Positions 18,013-28,387 of a stretch of DNA of 64,000 nucleotides are shown piece by piece. The notes below the pieces were generated by a model. The model ran no database searches. It was not told where the DNA came from and saw only the letters and a list, made by a program, of their open reading frames with translations. Within the stretch, counting starts at the first letter, position 1; each line of letters begins with the position of its first letter. The stretch comes from an uncultured Muribaculaceae bacterium. Its GTDB lineage: Bacteria; Bacteroidota; Bacteroidia; Bacteroidales; UBA932. Location: the NCBI GenBank assembly GCA_964533215.1, contig CAZHLJ010000004.1, positions 191,587 to 255,586 on the forward strand, read 5' to 3'. The translations under genes were made by a program, and so were the position numbers.

Positions 18013-20310
18013 ATGGGAGAGAATTTAGTAATCGTCGAGTCTCCAGCTAAAGCTAAGACTATCGAGAAATTTCTAGGGAGTGGATACACAGTAAAATCGA
18101 GTTTCGGACACATAAGGGATCTCTCCAAAAAAAATCTTGGAATAGATATCGAAGGAGGATTCATTCCCGATTACTTAATATCCGAAGACAAGAAAAAGAT
18201 TGTGGCCGAGCTGAAATCTCTTGCAAAAAAAGCTGACATTGTATGGCTTGCATCCGATGAAGACCGTGAAGGAGAGGCAATTGCATGGCATCTTAAGGAA
18301 ACGCTCAGTCTTGATGACAAAAAAACCAAAAGAATAGTATTTCACGAAATCACCAAAGATGCGATAATCAATGCCATAGAAAATCCTCGTGATGTTGACA
18401 TGAATCTTGTCATGGCGCAACAGGCCAGAAGGGTGCTTGACAGATTGGTCGGCTTTGAACTTTCGCCTGTGCTATGGAAAAAAGTAAAACCAAAACTCTC
18501 TGCCGGACGTGTCCAGTCAGTAGCCTTGAGGCTGATTGTAGAGAAAGAGCGGGATATCCAGAATTTTTCTGCGAAATCTCAATATAAGATAGAGGGTATA
18601 TTCAATCCTGAAGGGGCAAAGGCATCTGTAAAAGTCTCTGCCGAGCTTAACGAAAAATTTGAGAAGGAAGTTCAGGCGCGTGAAATTCTGGAGAAATGTA
18701 TCGGGGCCGACTTCAAAATAGCCTCAATCGAGGAGAAAGAGGCAAAACGAACTCCTCAGGCACCTTTCACAACCTCAACCCTGCAACAGGAGGCTTCCAG
18801 GAAACTGGGATTCTCTCTTAGTCAGACAATGAGGACAGCTCAGAATTTATATGAATCCGGGTTCATAACATATATGCGTACTGACTCCACCAACCTATCC
18901 AAGCTTGCACTTGGTGCTGCAAAACAGGTTATTACAGAACTGTATGGCAAGGAATACTCCAAGACAAGGCAGTATGCAACCAAGACTAAAGGGGCACAAG
19001 AGGCTCACGAAGCCATAAGGCCAACGTACCTTAGCAATCTGGAGATAGAAGCCGGTTCTCAAGAGAAAAAGCTCTACTCGCTGATATGGAAAAGGACTAT
19101 CGCATCTCAGATGGCAGACGCCTCAATTCAGAAAACCGAGATTGCAATTGGAACAGATTCTATAAAACAACTCTTTATGGCCACTGCGGACAGGGTTAAG
19201 TTCGATGGTTTCCTGAAAGTCTATATTGAATCAAAGGATGATGAATCGGCAGAGGAGGAGATGAACATGCTTCTTCCCGCTCTTTCAATGGATCAGAAGA
19301 TGAATATGATCAACTTAAAGGCCACCGAGAAATATTCACAGAAGCCCCCTAGATATACAGAGGCCAGCCTGGTGAAGAAACTTGAGGAGCTTGGAATAGG
19401 AAGGCCATCCACATACGCTCCCACTATATCCACAATCGTACAGCGCGGATATGTTGTTAAGGATAGCAGACCCGGACAGGAAAGGAAATTCCGCGAACTC
19501 TCTGTCGAAAATGGTGCAGTAGTTTCCAAAACCCTTACAGAAGTATGGGGAACAGAAAAAAACAAGCTTTTCCCTGAAGATATTGGAATCCTGGTTAACG
19601 ATTTTCTGGTGGAAAACTTTGATTCCATCGTAGATTATGGATTTACAGCTTCAGTGGAAGAGGATTTCGACAAGATTGCAGAGGGCAAATTAGTCTGGAA
19701 CAATTTGATAGGACATTTTTACAAGCCATTCCATGAAAAGGTGGAGAAGACTCTTTTGATTTCAAGACCAACCAATGCAGAAAGAGTACTTGGAGTTGAC
19801 CCTAAGAGCGGAAAGAATGTCTATGTAAGGATAGGAAGATTTGGTCCTCTGGCACAAATAGGAGACAGCGACGATCCTGAAAAGAAGTTCGTTAGTCTTG
19901 GCAAAGGACAGCTTATCGAGACCATAACCATGGAGGAAGCTCTGAAACTTTTTGAACTCCCTCGTACAGTAGGCGTCTACAACAACAAAGACATCATTGC
20001 CGCCGTAGGTCGTTTTGGCCCATACATCAAATATGACGGAGGATTCATATCCATAGGAAAGGATAATGACCCACGCACAATAGATCTGGAAACCTGCAAA
20101 GCTCTTATAGAGTCCCATTCAAAAAAAGAGGCTGAAAAGCTGATAAAAGATTTCCCTAAAGAGGGTATACAAATTCTCAATGGAAGATTCGGAGCCTATC
20201 TCAAAAAGGGAAAAAGCAATATCAAGATTCCCAAAGGCACTGACCCAAAAGAGATTGATCTTGAGACAGCTTTAAAACTTATTGAAAAGGGAGGAAAACC
20301 AAAAAAATAG
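18013..20310 (+). CDS. topA: DNA topoisomerase I
   Basis: VIVESPAKA, DEDREGEAIA, SAGRVQS, ITYMRTD, GRPSTY motifs; C-terminal GRFGP repeats in place of zinc ribbons; ATG at 18013. Confidence 0.97.
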   Translation: MGENLVIVESPAKAKTIEKFLGSGYTVKSSFGHIRDLSKKNLGIDIEGGFIPDYLISEDKKKIVAELKSLAKKADIVWLASDEDREGEAIAWHLKETLSLDDKKTKRIVFHEITKDAIINAIENPRDVDMNLVMAQQARRVLDRLVGFELSPVLWKKVKPKLSAGRVQSVALRLIVEKERDIQNFSAKSQYKIEGIFNPEGAKASVKVSAELNEKFEKEVQAREILEKCIGADFKIASIEEKEAKRTPQAPFTTSTLQQEASRKLGFSLSQTMRTAQNLYESGFITYMRTDSTNLSKLALGAAKQVITELYGKEYSKTRQYATKTKGAQEAHEAIRPTYLSNLEIEAGSQEKKLYSLIWKRTIASQMADASIQKTEIAIGTDSIKQLFMATADRVKFDGFLKVYIESKDDESAEEEMNMLLPALSMDQKMNMINLKATEKYSQKPPRYTEASLVKKLEELGIGRPSTYAPTISTIVQRGYVVKDSRPGQERKFRELSVENGAVVSKTLTEVWGTEKNKLFPEDIGILVNDFLVENFDSIVDYGFTASVEEDFDKIAEGKLVWNNLIGHFYKPFHEKVEKTLLISRPTNAERVLGVDPKSGKNVYVRIGRFGPLAQIGDSDDPEKKFVSLGKGQLIETITMEEALKLFELPRTVGVYNNKDIIAAVGRFGPYIKYDGGFISIGKDNDPRTIDLETCKALIESHSKKEAEKLIKDFPKEGIQILNGRFGAYLKKGKSNIKIPKGTDPKEIDLETALKLIEKGGKPKK

Positions 20311-20316
20311 TAATCT

Positions 20317-21312
20317 ATGTCAAAATACAAATTCCCCGAGGTAATCCCGGCTGCCGCTATAAGTGAAGCGTGCCAGGATGCCATTGCTATTATAATAAAC
20401 AATACAGGAAACAACAACATACTTCCATCGTTGAACGCTCTTTTCCCTCAGTCGGATTATAAAATCTACTATGTGGAACCGGGAATCGGCCAACTAAGAG
20501 AGACAATATCCCTTTGCGAAGAGAATAAGATCAAGTGTTTTGTCCTATGTGGTGAGGAGTTGCCAGACCTAAAGACAATTGCACCTGTAACCAATTATTC
20601 TGCATCACTTATTTCTGCCGGTAGTGTAGACGATAAAAACGATATTCTCAAGTACATTCTAAAAGATGATCTTGCTATTGATTTTTCTCACATAGCTTAT
20701 CAGAGTTATAGATATGATCCTCAAATTCTTAGTCAGACACGCGACAGAGTCTTCGAGGACCTGAGGCTGGGAGCAATCAGAAATGACCTTTCTATTGCAG
20801 AACCTCACATACGTTCCAATCACTATCTTTTTCTTGACATGCGCTCAGTCAGGGCAAGTGATTTCCCCGAGAGCCTTACCAAGTCTCCTAATGGACTTTA
20901 TGCAGAAGAGATCTGCCAACTGGCAAGGTATATTGGTATGGGGCAAAATCTGAGAACAGCCTTCATATACGGATACCCTTCCAAATGTAAACATAATTCT
21001 ACATCAAGCCAGCTTCTGGCGGAGATTATATGGCATATTTCCGAGGCCCTATCTTCCAATATCTATGAAGATCCGGCCAATCAGGACACAGAGGAACTCT
21101 TCCTGAAAAAAATTGTAAGCATGGGCAGAGAGGGTCAAGATCTGACATTTGTCACCAGCAGTTCCACCGGTAGATGGTGGATGGAAATTCCTGAAGTACA
21201 AAATGGTAATAATCAATATGTTGCTTGCTCGTATTCAGATTATATGACCGCATATTCAGGAGAAATTCCTTTAAGATGGCTTTTCTTTTATCAAAAAATA
21301 AATCTGAACTAA
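20317..21312 (+). CDS. Arginase/ureohydrolase-fold protein with degenerate active site
   Basis: HIAYQSY, LRLG, SPNGLYAEEICQLARYIG and RWWM motifs typical of Bacteroidota arginase-family proteins; metal ligands not conserved. Confidence 0.7.
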   Translation: MSKYKFPEVIPAAAISEACQDAIAIIINNTGNNNILPSLNALFPQSDYKIYYVEPGIGQLRETISLCEENKIKCFVLCGEELPDLKTIAPVTNYSASLISAGSVDDKNDILKYILKDDLAIDFSHIAYQSYRYDPQILSQTRDRVFEDLRLGAIRNDLSIAEPHIRSNHYLFLDMRSVRASDFPESLTKSPNGLYAEEICQLARYIGMGQNLRTAFIYGYPSKCKHNSTSSQLLAEIIWHISEALSSNIYEDPANQDTEELFLKKIVSMGREGQDLTFVTSSSTGRWWMEIPEVQNGNNQYVACSYSDYMTAYSGEIPLRWLFFYQKINLN

Positions 21313-21326
21313 TTATAATTTATTAT

Positions 21327-21334
21327 TATATTTG
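21327..21334 (+). promoter_or_regulatory. -7 promoter box for the Lrp/AsnC gene
   Basis: TATATTTG, 27 nt before ATG at 21362. Confidence 0.55.
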
Positions 21335-21361
21335 CCATCTGACATTAAATTATTAACAATT

Positions 21362-21859
21362 ATGCCTAAGTTCCAAATTGATCAGATAGATCAGAAAATC
21401 CTTTCATTTCTTGTCAAGAATGCAAGAATGCCATTTTTGGAGATAGCTCGTGAGTGCGGCGTCTCCGGAGCAGCAATTCACCAAAGAGTAAAAAAGATGG
21501 AGAATCTGGGAATCATCACTGGTTCACGTCTTTTGGTAAAACCTCAGACACTTGGTTTGAACGTTTGTGCATTTGTTGGTGTGAGCCTGGCTCAGGCAAA
21601 TCATTATCCATCAGTCATCGAAGCTTTAAGGAATATCCCTGAAGTTGTTGAATGTCACTTTGTAACAGGTAAACATGCACTGATGCTGAAGATCTACTGT
21701 CAGAATCATGATCATTTAATGGAAATTCTTATCAATACCATCCAGAACATTCCGTCTGTAGAACAGACCGAAACCTTTATCTCTCTGGATCAGGCTATTG
21801 AAAGACAAGTTTGGGTTAAAGACTACCCTTCGAAAGTCTCAACTCTTAAAAAACGCTAG
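21362..21859 (+). CDS. Lrp/AsnC family transcriptional regulator
   Basis: IDQIDQKIL..NARMPFLEIARECGVS HTH; IPEVVECHFVTG ligand-binding domain. Confidence 0.93.
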   Translation: MPKFQIDQIDQKILSFLVKNARMPFLEIARECGVSGAAIHQRVKKMENLGIITGSRLLVKPQTLGLNVCAFVGVSLAQANHYPSVIEALRNIPEVVECHFVTGKHALMLKIYCQNHDHLMEILINTIQNIPSVEQTETFISLDQAIERQVWVKDYPSKVSTLKKR

Positions 21860-22523
21860 CTATTGCCTTAGCCATAATCAGATCTTCCGGTTTGGTTATC
21901 TTTATGTTGAGTCGGCTTCCCTCTTCGAGGAAGATATTTACTCCTATGCCCTCAACCACCGAAGCATCATCTGTAAAAGCGGGCGAGTATGCCTGATTAT
22001 ATGCTCCTAAAATAATTTCTGAGTGAAATATCTGAGGTGTCTGTACCATAACAAGATCTTCTCTGCTCACCGGCATGCTTTTCCCATCTGCTGCAATCTT
22101 TCTGATTGAGTCCGTCACCTTTGTTACAGGGACAACAGCACCTTTCTCCTCCGCCCTTTCATACATAGACTCCAGAAACTCTTTAGAGACAAACGGCCTC
22201 ACTCCGTCATGTATAGCAACAAGCGCATCTTTGGGAACATATTTCAATCCGTTCTTGACAGAGTGAAATCTTGTGATACCACCGGAAACCAAAATATGGC
22301 TGAAGGTAAGACGATGTTCCAGACAATAATCTTTCCAATATTGTTTGTATGAAGAGGGAACAACTATTACCATCTCAACCGGGAATGACAGCGACATAAA
22401 TGCCTCAACTGTATGTAGCAGAACGGGCTTACCATCCAATTCAAGGAACTGTTTTGCAATTTTCCCGCCCATTCTGCTTCCTGACCCTCCGGCAACAATA
22501 ATAGCATAGCACTTTTTATTCAT
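21846..22523 (-). CDS. ispD: 2-C-methyl-D-erythritol 4-phosphate cytidylyltransferase
   Basis: AGGSGSRMG, KQFL, IHDGVRP, QTPQ, TDDAS, NIKIT motifs. Confidence 0.95.
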   Translation of the reverse strand: MNKKCYAIIVAGGSGSRMGGKIAKQFLELDGKPVLLHTVEAFMSLSFPVEMVIVVPSSYKQYWKDYCLEHRLTFSHILVSGGITRFHSVKNGLKYVPKDALVAIHDGVRPFVSKEFLESMYERAEEKGAVVPVTKVTDSIRKIAADGKSMPVSREDLVMVQTPQIFHSEIILGAYNQAYSPAFTDDASVVEGIGVNIFLEEGSRLNIKITKPEDLIMAKAIASVF

Positions 22524-22545
22524 ATTTTATAAAAGTTTATATGTA

Positions 22546-22584
22546 CAAAATTACATAATAATCGTTTATTTTTTAGTACTTTTG
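22546..22584. promoter_or_regulatory. Divergent -7 promoter boxes for ispD and purH-mre
   Basis: Minus TAATTTTG at 22553-22546 and plus TACTTTTG at 22577-22584. Confidence 0.6.
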
Positions 22585-22600
22585 CATCTATTTATAACGT

Positions 22601-24124
22601 ATGGACAATAAGAGAATAAAACGGGCACTAATATCTGTCTATCACAAAGATGGAATAGATAAAATTGCAAGGAAACTTGTAGAATCCGGAGTTGAAATAC
22701 TCTCAACCGGTGGAACATTTGATTTTTTGAAAGGGATATCTGTCCCTGTCACTTCAGTAGAAGAGATTACATCCTACCCTTCTATTCTTGGAGGTAGGGT
22801 GAAGACTTTACATCCAAAGATTTTTGGAGGTATTTTGGGAAGGAGAGACAATCCCGGTGATATGCAAAGTTTTAATGACTATCAGATTCCTGAGATAGAC
22901 CTTGTAATTGTAGACCTCTACCCTTTCGAAGAGTATGTGGCCTCAGATGCCTCACATGGAGAGATAATTGAGAAAATTGACATCGGGGGTATTTCACTTA
23001 TAAGGGCGGCAGCTAAAAATTACAATGATGTAGTGATAGTGCCATGCAAAGAGATGTACTCACGTTTGTCGGATATACTTGAGAGAAAAGGGGCTGAAAC
23101 GACTCTGGAAGAGAGGTATTACTTTGCAGCTCAGGCTTTCAATGTGAGCTCACACTACGATTCGGCTATATTTGAATACTTCAATCGCGAAGCACACATT
23201 CCTGCTTTCAAAAAGAGCATAGCTACCTCCATTCCTCTAAGGTACGGAGAGAACCCTCACCAAAACGCACTTTTCTTTGGGGAGGCTCAGGATATTCCAC
23301 GACAACTTCACGGAAAGGAGATTTCATACAATAATCTTCTGGATATAGAGGCTGCAATTGAACTTATCTCCGATTTCGAAGAGACTACTGTTGCAATTTT
23401 GAAACATAATAATGCCTGTGGATGTGCCTCAAGGGAAAAATTACTGGATGCATGGTCTGCAGCATTGGCAGGTGACCCGGTATCGGCTTACGGCGGAATA
23501 ATCATTTCCAACCGTACAATTGATGTGGAGACCGCGACTGAAATGAACAAGTTGTTCTGCGAAGTGATAGTTGCTCCAGGTTATGCGCCAGAAGCTCTGG
23601 ATATCCTCAAAAGCAAGAAAAACCGCATAATATTGGTAAACACCAAGGATCTCAGAAGCAGCAAGAAATTCAGAAGCATGCTTAATGGGGTTCTGGTTCA
23701 GGACAGGGATGCAAACGTGGAGACTAAAGAGTCTCTCAAGACAGTCACTGACACTGCGCCGAGCAATAAACAAATTGAAGACCTGCTCTTTGCGAACATT
23801 CTTGTAAAACATTCAAAATCAAACGCTATAGTATTGGCAAAAGACAAGACACTGCTGGCAAGCGGTATCGGACAGACCTCCAGAGTAGATTCCCTGAAGC
23901 AGGCTATTGCAAAAGCTACAGGATTTGGATTTTCACTCGAAGGAGCTGTCATGTCTTCTGACGCATATTTCCCGTTCGGAGATTGTGTCGAAATAGCACA
24001 TAAGGCTGGAATAACCTCTGTAATACATCCGGGGGGATCAATCAGAGATCAGGAGAGCGTAGATTACTGCAACAGCAACGGGGTTTCAATGGTAAACACC
24101 GGAATAAGACATTTTAAACATTGA
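22601..24124 (+). CDS. purH: Bifunctional AICAR transformylase/IMP cyclohydrolase
   Basis: ALISVYHK, STGGT, GRVKTLHP, IDIGG, LRYGENPHQ, KHNNACG, SDAYFPF, RHFKH motifs. Confidence 0.98.
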   Translation: MDNKRIKRALISVYHKDGIDKIARKLVESGVEILSTGGTFDFLKGISVPVTSVEEITSYPSILGGRVKTLHPKIFGGILGRRDNPGDMQSFNDYQIPEIDLVIVDLYPFEEYVASDASHGEIIEKIDIGGISLIRAAAKNYNDVVIVPCKEMYSRLSDILERKGAETTLEERYYFAAQAFNVSSHYDSAIFEYFNREAHIPAFKKSIATSIPLRYGENPHQNALFFGEAQDIPRQLHGKEISYNNLLDIEAAIELISDFEETTVAILKHNNACGCASREKLLDAWSAALAGDPVSAYGGIIISNRTIDVETATEMNKLFCEVIVAPGYAPEALDILKSKKNRIILVNTKDLRSSKKFRSMLNGVLVQDRDANVETKESLKTVTDTAPSNKQIEDLLFANILVKHSKSNAIVLAKDKTLLASGIGQTSRVDSLKQAIAKATGFGFSLEGAVMSSDAYFPFGDCVEIAHKAGITSVIHPGGSIRDQESVDYCNSNGVSMVNTGIRHFKH

Positions 24125-24143
24125 TTATAATATAAAAATATAT

Positions 24144-25163
24144 ATGGCATTTTCTTTTTTCACACAAGATCTGGCTATTGACTTAGGAACAGCAAATACA
24201 GTCATTCTCATCAACGACAAGATCGTTGTGGACGAACCATCAATTGTAGCGATAGATCAGAACACAGGCAAACCAATCGCTTTTGGCCAGAAAGCAAGGA
24301 TGATGCATGGAAAGACCCACGCAAACATCAAAACAATCAGGCCTCTGAAAGACGGTGTTATTGCCGACTTCAATGCTTCTGAACAGATGCTCAGAGGTTT
24401 CATTAAGATGATTAATTATAAGAACTCTCTTTTCACTCCAAGTCTGAGAATGGTTGTTAGTATACCTTCAGGCAGTACAGAGGTGGAGATAAGAGCTGTG
24501 CGTGACTCTTCCGAACATGCCGGTGGACGTGATGTCTACATGATATATGAGCCTATGGCGGCAGCTGTTGGTATAGGCCTTGATGTAGAGGCACCTACTG
24601 GAAATATGGTTGTAGATATCGGAGGTGGTACCACAGAAATTGCTGTTATCTCATTGGGAGGAATTGTTGTCAACCAGAGCATACGTGTTGCAGGTGATGG
24701 CTTTACAAATGAGATTCAACAATATATGCGCCAACAGCACAGCATCAAGATAGGAGAACTTACAGCAGAAGATGTTAAGATCAAAGTTGGTGCGGCGCTG
24801 TCTGAGCTTGACGAATACCCAGAACCATACGTTGTTAGAGGTCCTAACCTGATGACTGCGCACCCTGTTGAAGTCAGCGTAACCAGTCAGGAAATTGCTC
24901 ACTGCATAGATAAATCGCTTGCAAAAATTGAGGCTGCCATTATATCTGTTCTGGAACAGACTCCTCCTGAGCTTTATGCAGACATAGTGCAAAAGGGTAT
25001 CTTCCTCACAGGAGGTGGTGCTCTGCTTAGAGGATTGGATAAGAGACTGTACGAAAAGATAAATATCAAGTTCCATGTCTCTGAGGATCCTCTTCATGCT
25101 GTAGCACGTGGTACAAGCATTGCCCTTAAAAATGCAGACAGGCTTCCGTTCTTAATGCGATAG
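24144..25163 (+). CDS. mreB: Rod shape-determining protein MreB
   Basis: IDLGTANT, EPMAAA, DIGGGTTE, LTGGGALL motifs. Confidence 0.98.
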   Translation: MAFSFFTQDLAIDLGTANTVILINDKIVVDEPSIVAIDQNTGKPIAFGQKARMMHGKTHANIKTIRPLKDGVIADFNASEQMLRGFIKMINYKNSLFTPSLRMVVSIPSGSTEVEIRAVRDSSEHAGGRDVYMIYEPMAAAVGIGLDVEAPTGNMVVDIGGGTTEIAVISLGGIVVNQSIRVAGDGFTNEIQQYMRQQHSIKIGELTAEDVKIKVGAALSELDEYPEPYVVRGPNLMTAHPVEVSVTSQEIAHCIDKSLAKIEAAIISVLEQTPPELYADIVQKGIFLTGGGALLRGLDKRLYEKINIKFHVSEDPLHAVARGTSIALKNADRLPFLMR

Positions 25164-25169
25164 TATTAA

Positions 25170-26015
25170 ATGGCCAGAAGACCTCCAATTTCTCCATTTT
25201 TGGTGACATTGCTTCTTTTCGTCATTTTAGAAGCAGGCTCCATCTTACTGATAAGGAAAAGTTCTGTCTTCCAGAATGTGAGGATTACAGGAGTGCTCAT
25301 GCAGTTTCAGGGAAAGTTGATAAATGCTAAGACTAATATAAAGTACTACCTTAGCCTTAAAAGCGTCAACGAACAACTGGCACAAGAGAATAACAGGCTG
25401 CTTAATCAGCTTGCAAAATATCAGACCCAGCTTGACACTGCAAGAGCAGACAGTCTTTCATATAAACCTCTGAGTGACAGCTCTGACTTCTCTTACATAC
25501 CTGCAAAGATTGTTGGCAACAGCACTAACAGGCAGCATAATTTTATAATTATTGACAAGGGAAGAAAGAATGGTGTGGAAAAAGATATGGGTGTTATATC
25601 TCCAAATGGTGTTGTCGGAGTTGTAAGTGCTGTTTCGGAAAATTATTCCTACATAATCTCACTCTTGAACATCAACCAGAGTGTGAGCGCTAAAATCTCC
25701 AAGTCAGGTGCCTTCGGACCGCTGATCTGGAACGGAAGAAGCGCCGATTATGCCTTGCTTACTGAGATTCCACAGCACATTAAGATTCAGGTTGGAGACA
25801 GCGTGCTTACAAGCGGTTTCTCCTCCCTCTTCCCTGCTGACATTCCATTAGGTTCAATAAGAAAATCGAAGATTATAAAAGGCACCCATCACGAGATTCA
25901 GGTAAGGCTGTTCCAGGATTTCAGGACACTTCGATATGTTAATGTTGTTGTAAACAGCCATAAGAGCGAGATAGATACAATAAGTAACCAGAAATTCAAC
26001 CCTGAAAATCAATAA
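25170..26015 (+). CDS. mreC: Rod shape-determining protein MreC
   Basis: TM, coiled coil, IIDKG..GV..DMGV, GVVG, TSG..FP motifs; position in mre operon. Confidence 0.93.
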   Translation: MARRPPISPFLVTLLLFVILEAGSILLIRKSSVFQNVRITGVLMQFQGKLINAKTNIKYYLSLKSVNEQLAQENNRLLNQLAKYQTQLDTARADSLSYKPLSDSSDFSYIPAKIVGNSTNRQHNFIIIDKGRKNGVEKDMGVISPNGVVGVVSAVSENYSYIISLLNINQSVSAKISKSGAFGPLIWNGRSADYALLTEIPQHIKIQVGDSVLTSGFSSLFPADIPLGSIRKSKIIKGTHHEIQVRLFQDFRTLRYVNVVVNSHKSEIDTISNQKFNPENQ

Positions 26016-26530
26016 TGAAGAGTAGTCTGAGCAACATAATATTGTTTTTCTCCTTCCTGATAACTCAGGTGATGCTGACCAATTTCGTTGATTTTGGCCC
26101 TTTGGTCTTCATTGCGGTATATCCACTTTTCATCCTGACCTTCCCCACGCAGACTTCGATAATAAGCATGATGCTCTGGTCTTTTGCATTGGGATTTGGC
26201 ATTGATTTCTTTACTGGTTCCATACTAGGTTTGAACGCTGCTGCTGCAGTTTTTCTTGCCTTCATTCAGCCCTCAGTTTTCAAGATAGTCTGTCGCAAAG
26301 GAGAGTTGGAAAGCCAGATAAGACCCGGACTGACAGAACTTGGTCTTCCCAGGTTCCTGACGTTTATTGCCATTGGCCTTTTCTTTCATCAGATTGCCAT
26401 AATCCTGCTGGAAAATTTCGATTTTGCTTTCAATATATATTCTTTGTTAAGAATCGTAGTAAGCCTGTTGCTGAATACATTGCTTATATTACTCATTGAA
26501 TTCGGCATATTTTATAAAAACTGGCACTAA
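26015..26530 (+). CDS. mreD: Rod shape-determining protein MreD
   Basis: Multi-TM protein with FALGFGIDFF..G motif between mreC and mrdA. Confidence 0.88.
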   Translation: MKSSLSNIILFFSFLITQVMLTNFVDFGPLVFIAVYPLFILTFPTQTSIISMMLWSFALGFGIDFFTGSILGLNAAAAVFLAFIQPSVFKIVCRKGELESQIRPGLTELGLPRFLTFIAIGLFFHQIAIILLENFDFAFNIYSLLRIVVSLLLNTLLILLIEFGIFYKNWH

Positions 26531-26542
26531 TTTTTTGAAATC

Positions 26543-28387
26543 ATGGGGGTTGAGCTCAAGAGAAACAATATTCTTATCATCAGTGTAATTGTTGTTGCGT
26601 TTCTGATTGTAGCGCAGCTTTTCAACTTACAGATTCTGGATGATGAATATAAGATAACCGCCAGTAACAACGCATTTCGATACGATATCCGTTATCCTGC
26701 CAGAGGATTGATTCTGGATAGAAACGGCAAGATACTGGTAGGAAACGAGACCGCCTACGACATAATGATTACCCCTTACGAGGTAAAAGATCTGGACACC
26801 GCTGATTTTTGCAGGATTTTCAATCTTGACATAGATGTGGTAAGAAAAAGCCTTAAGGATTTTAGTAAAAACCGTCGTAAAATAGGATATCAGTCTCTTC
26901 CGTTTGTCAAACAGATTTCAGGGCAGCAGTATGCTATTTTTCTTGAGAAGGCATACAAGTTTCCAGGCTTCAGCGCAATTTCCCGCACTGTAAGATCTTA
27001 TCCATACAATGCCGGAGCTAATCTACTTGGTTACATAACCGAGGTTGACACATCCTATATGCGCAAGCATCCTTCATACAAAAGAGGAGACTATGTTGGC
27101 AGGACAGGAATCGAGCAATCCTACGAAAGTGTTCTTAAAGGAGAAAAAGGTTACAACATTTTTCTGAGAGACGTTCACAACAAGGTTCAGTCAAGTTTCT
27201 CAAACGGCTCTTACGACAAGGAGGCAATTCCTGGAAAGAACATTATATCATCCATAGATGCAGAGCTACAAAGCTACGGGGAATCTCTTATGGCGAACAA
27301 GGTGGGCAGTGTCGTGGCAATAGAACCCTCCAGCGGAGAGATACTTACTCTGGTTTCCAGCCCGGGGATAGACGTGACGAAGCTTGCTTCAATAAACAAA
27401 TACTATGGAGAACTTGTAAACAACCCTCTCAAGCCTATGTTCAACAGAGCAGTCATGTCCCCTTATCCTCCTGGTTCTGTCTTCAAGCTTGTGAACGGAC
27501 TGGTTGCTCTTGAAGAGGGAGTGCTTGATACCACTAACCGATATCCTTGCAGCATGGGCTACCATGTGGGAAGAGGTGTCGGCTGTCACGCTCATCCTTC
27601 ACCACTGGATTTCAGCCACGCTATAATGATGTCGTGCAACGCATACTTCTGCTATGCATTCCGCAATATCATGGACAACCCTGCCTATCCTAATATTGCT
27701 GCAGCATTCAATAGTTGGAAGGAAAAAGTAGAGAGCCTCGGCTTTGGAAAAAAACTTGGCTCTGATTTTCCATCGGAACAGGCCGGAGTACTACCCTCAA
27801 CAAAGACATACGATAAGATTCATGGCAAGAACAGGTGGAAGTCCTTATCCATAATATCACTTTCCATTGGTCAGGGTGAGATAGGAACTACTCCCCTTCA
27901 TCTTGCAAACCTGGCTGCCACAATAGCAAACAGAGGCTATTTCTATACTCCTCACATTATAAAAGGTGCGCAGGATACAGTCATAAATACAGACTTTTCA
28001 AAAAGACACTATACCAAAATTAAACCGGAAAATTTCAAAAAGGTTATTTATGGTATGTACCTGGCAGTAAACTCAGGCCCAGGTTCAGGAGGGACAGCAA
28101 GCATTGCTGCAGTTCCAGGTCTGGATATCTGCGGCAAGACAGGAACTGCGCAGAACCCTCACGGTAAAGACCATTCGGTATTCATCTGCTTTGCACCTAA
28201 AGACAACCCGAAGATTGCAGTAGCAGCCTATATAGAGAATGCAGGGTTTGGTGCAACATGGGCAGCTCCTATTGCCTCTCTCCTTGTTGAGATGTATCTG
28301 AACAGAAAGGTGGAAAGAAAGGATATTGAAGCATATATTCTAAATGGCAATACTATAACCAATGTTACTAAAAATGTTTCCAAATGA
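26543..28387 (+). CDS. mrdA: Penicillin-binding protein 2
   Basis: RGLILDRNG, PPGSVFK, SCN and KTGTAQ motifs. Confidence 0.95.
   Translation: MGVELKRNNILIISVIVVAFLIVAQLFNLQILDDEYKITASNNAFRYDIRYPARGLILDRNGKILVGNETAYDIMITPYEVKDLDTADFCRIFNLDIDVVRKSLKDFSKNRRKIGYQSLPFVKQISGQQYAIFLEKAYKFPGFSAISRTVRSYPYNAGANLLGYITEVDTSYMRKHPSYKRGDYVGRTGIEQSYESVLKGEKGYNIFLRDVHNKVQSSFSNGSYDKEAIPGKNIISSIDAELQSYGESLMANKVGSVVAIEPSSGEILTLVSSPGIDVTKLASINKYYGELVNNPLKPMFNRAVMSPYPPGSVFKLVNGLVALEEGVLDTTNRYPCSMGYHVGRGVGCHAHPSPLDFSHAIMMSCNAYFCYAFRNIMDNPAYPNIAAAFNSWKEKVESLGFGKKLGSDFPSEQAGVLPSTKTYDKIHGKNRWKSLSIISLSIGQGEIGTTPLHLANLAATIANRGYFYTPHIIKGAQDTVINTDFSKRHYTKIKPENFKKVIYGMYLAVNSGPGSGGTASIAAVPGLDICGKTGTAQNPHGKDHSVFICFAPKDNPKIAVAAYIENAGFGATWAAPIASLLVEMYLNRKVERKDIEAYILNGNTITNVTKNVSK

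Noticed and set aside
17910..18164. 84-aa minus-strand ORF upstream of PBP1a
   Set aside because: Mostly antisense to the topA 5' end and crosses the promoter region
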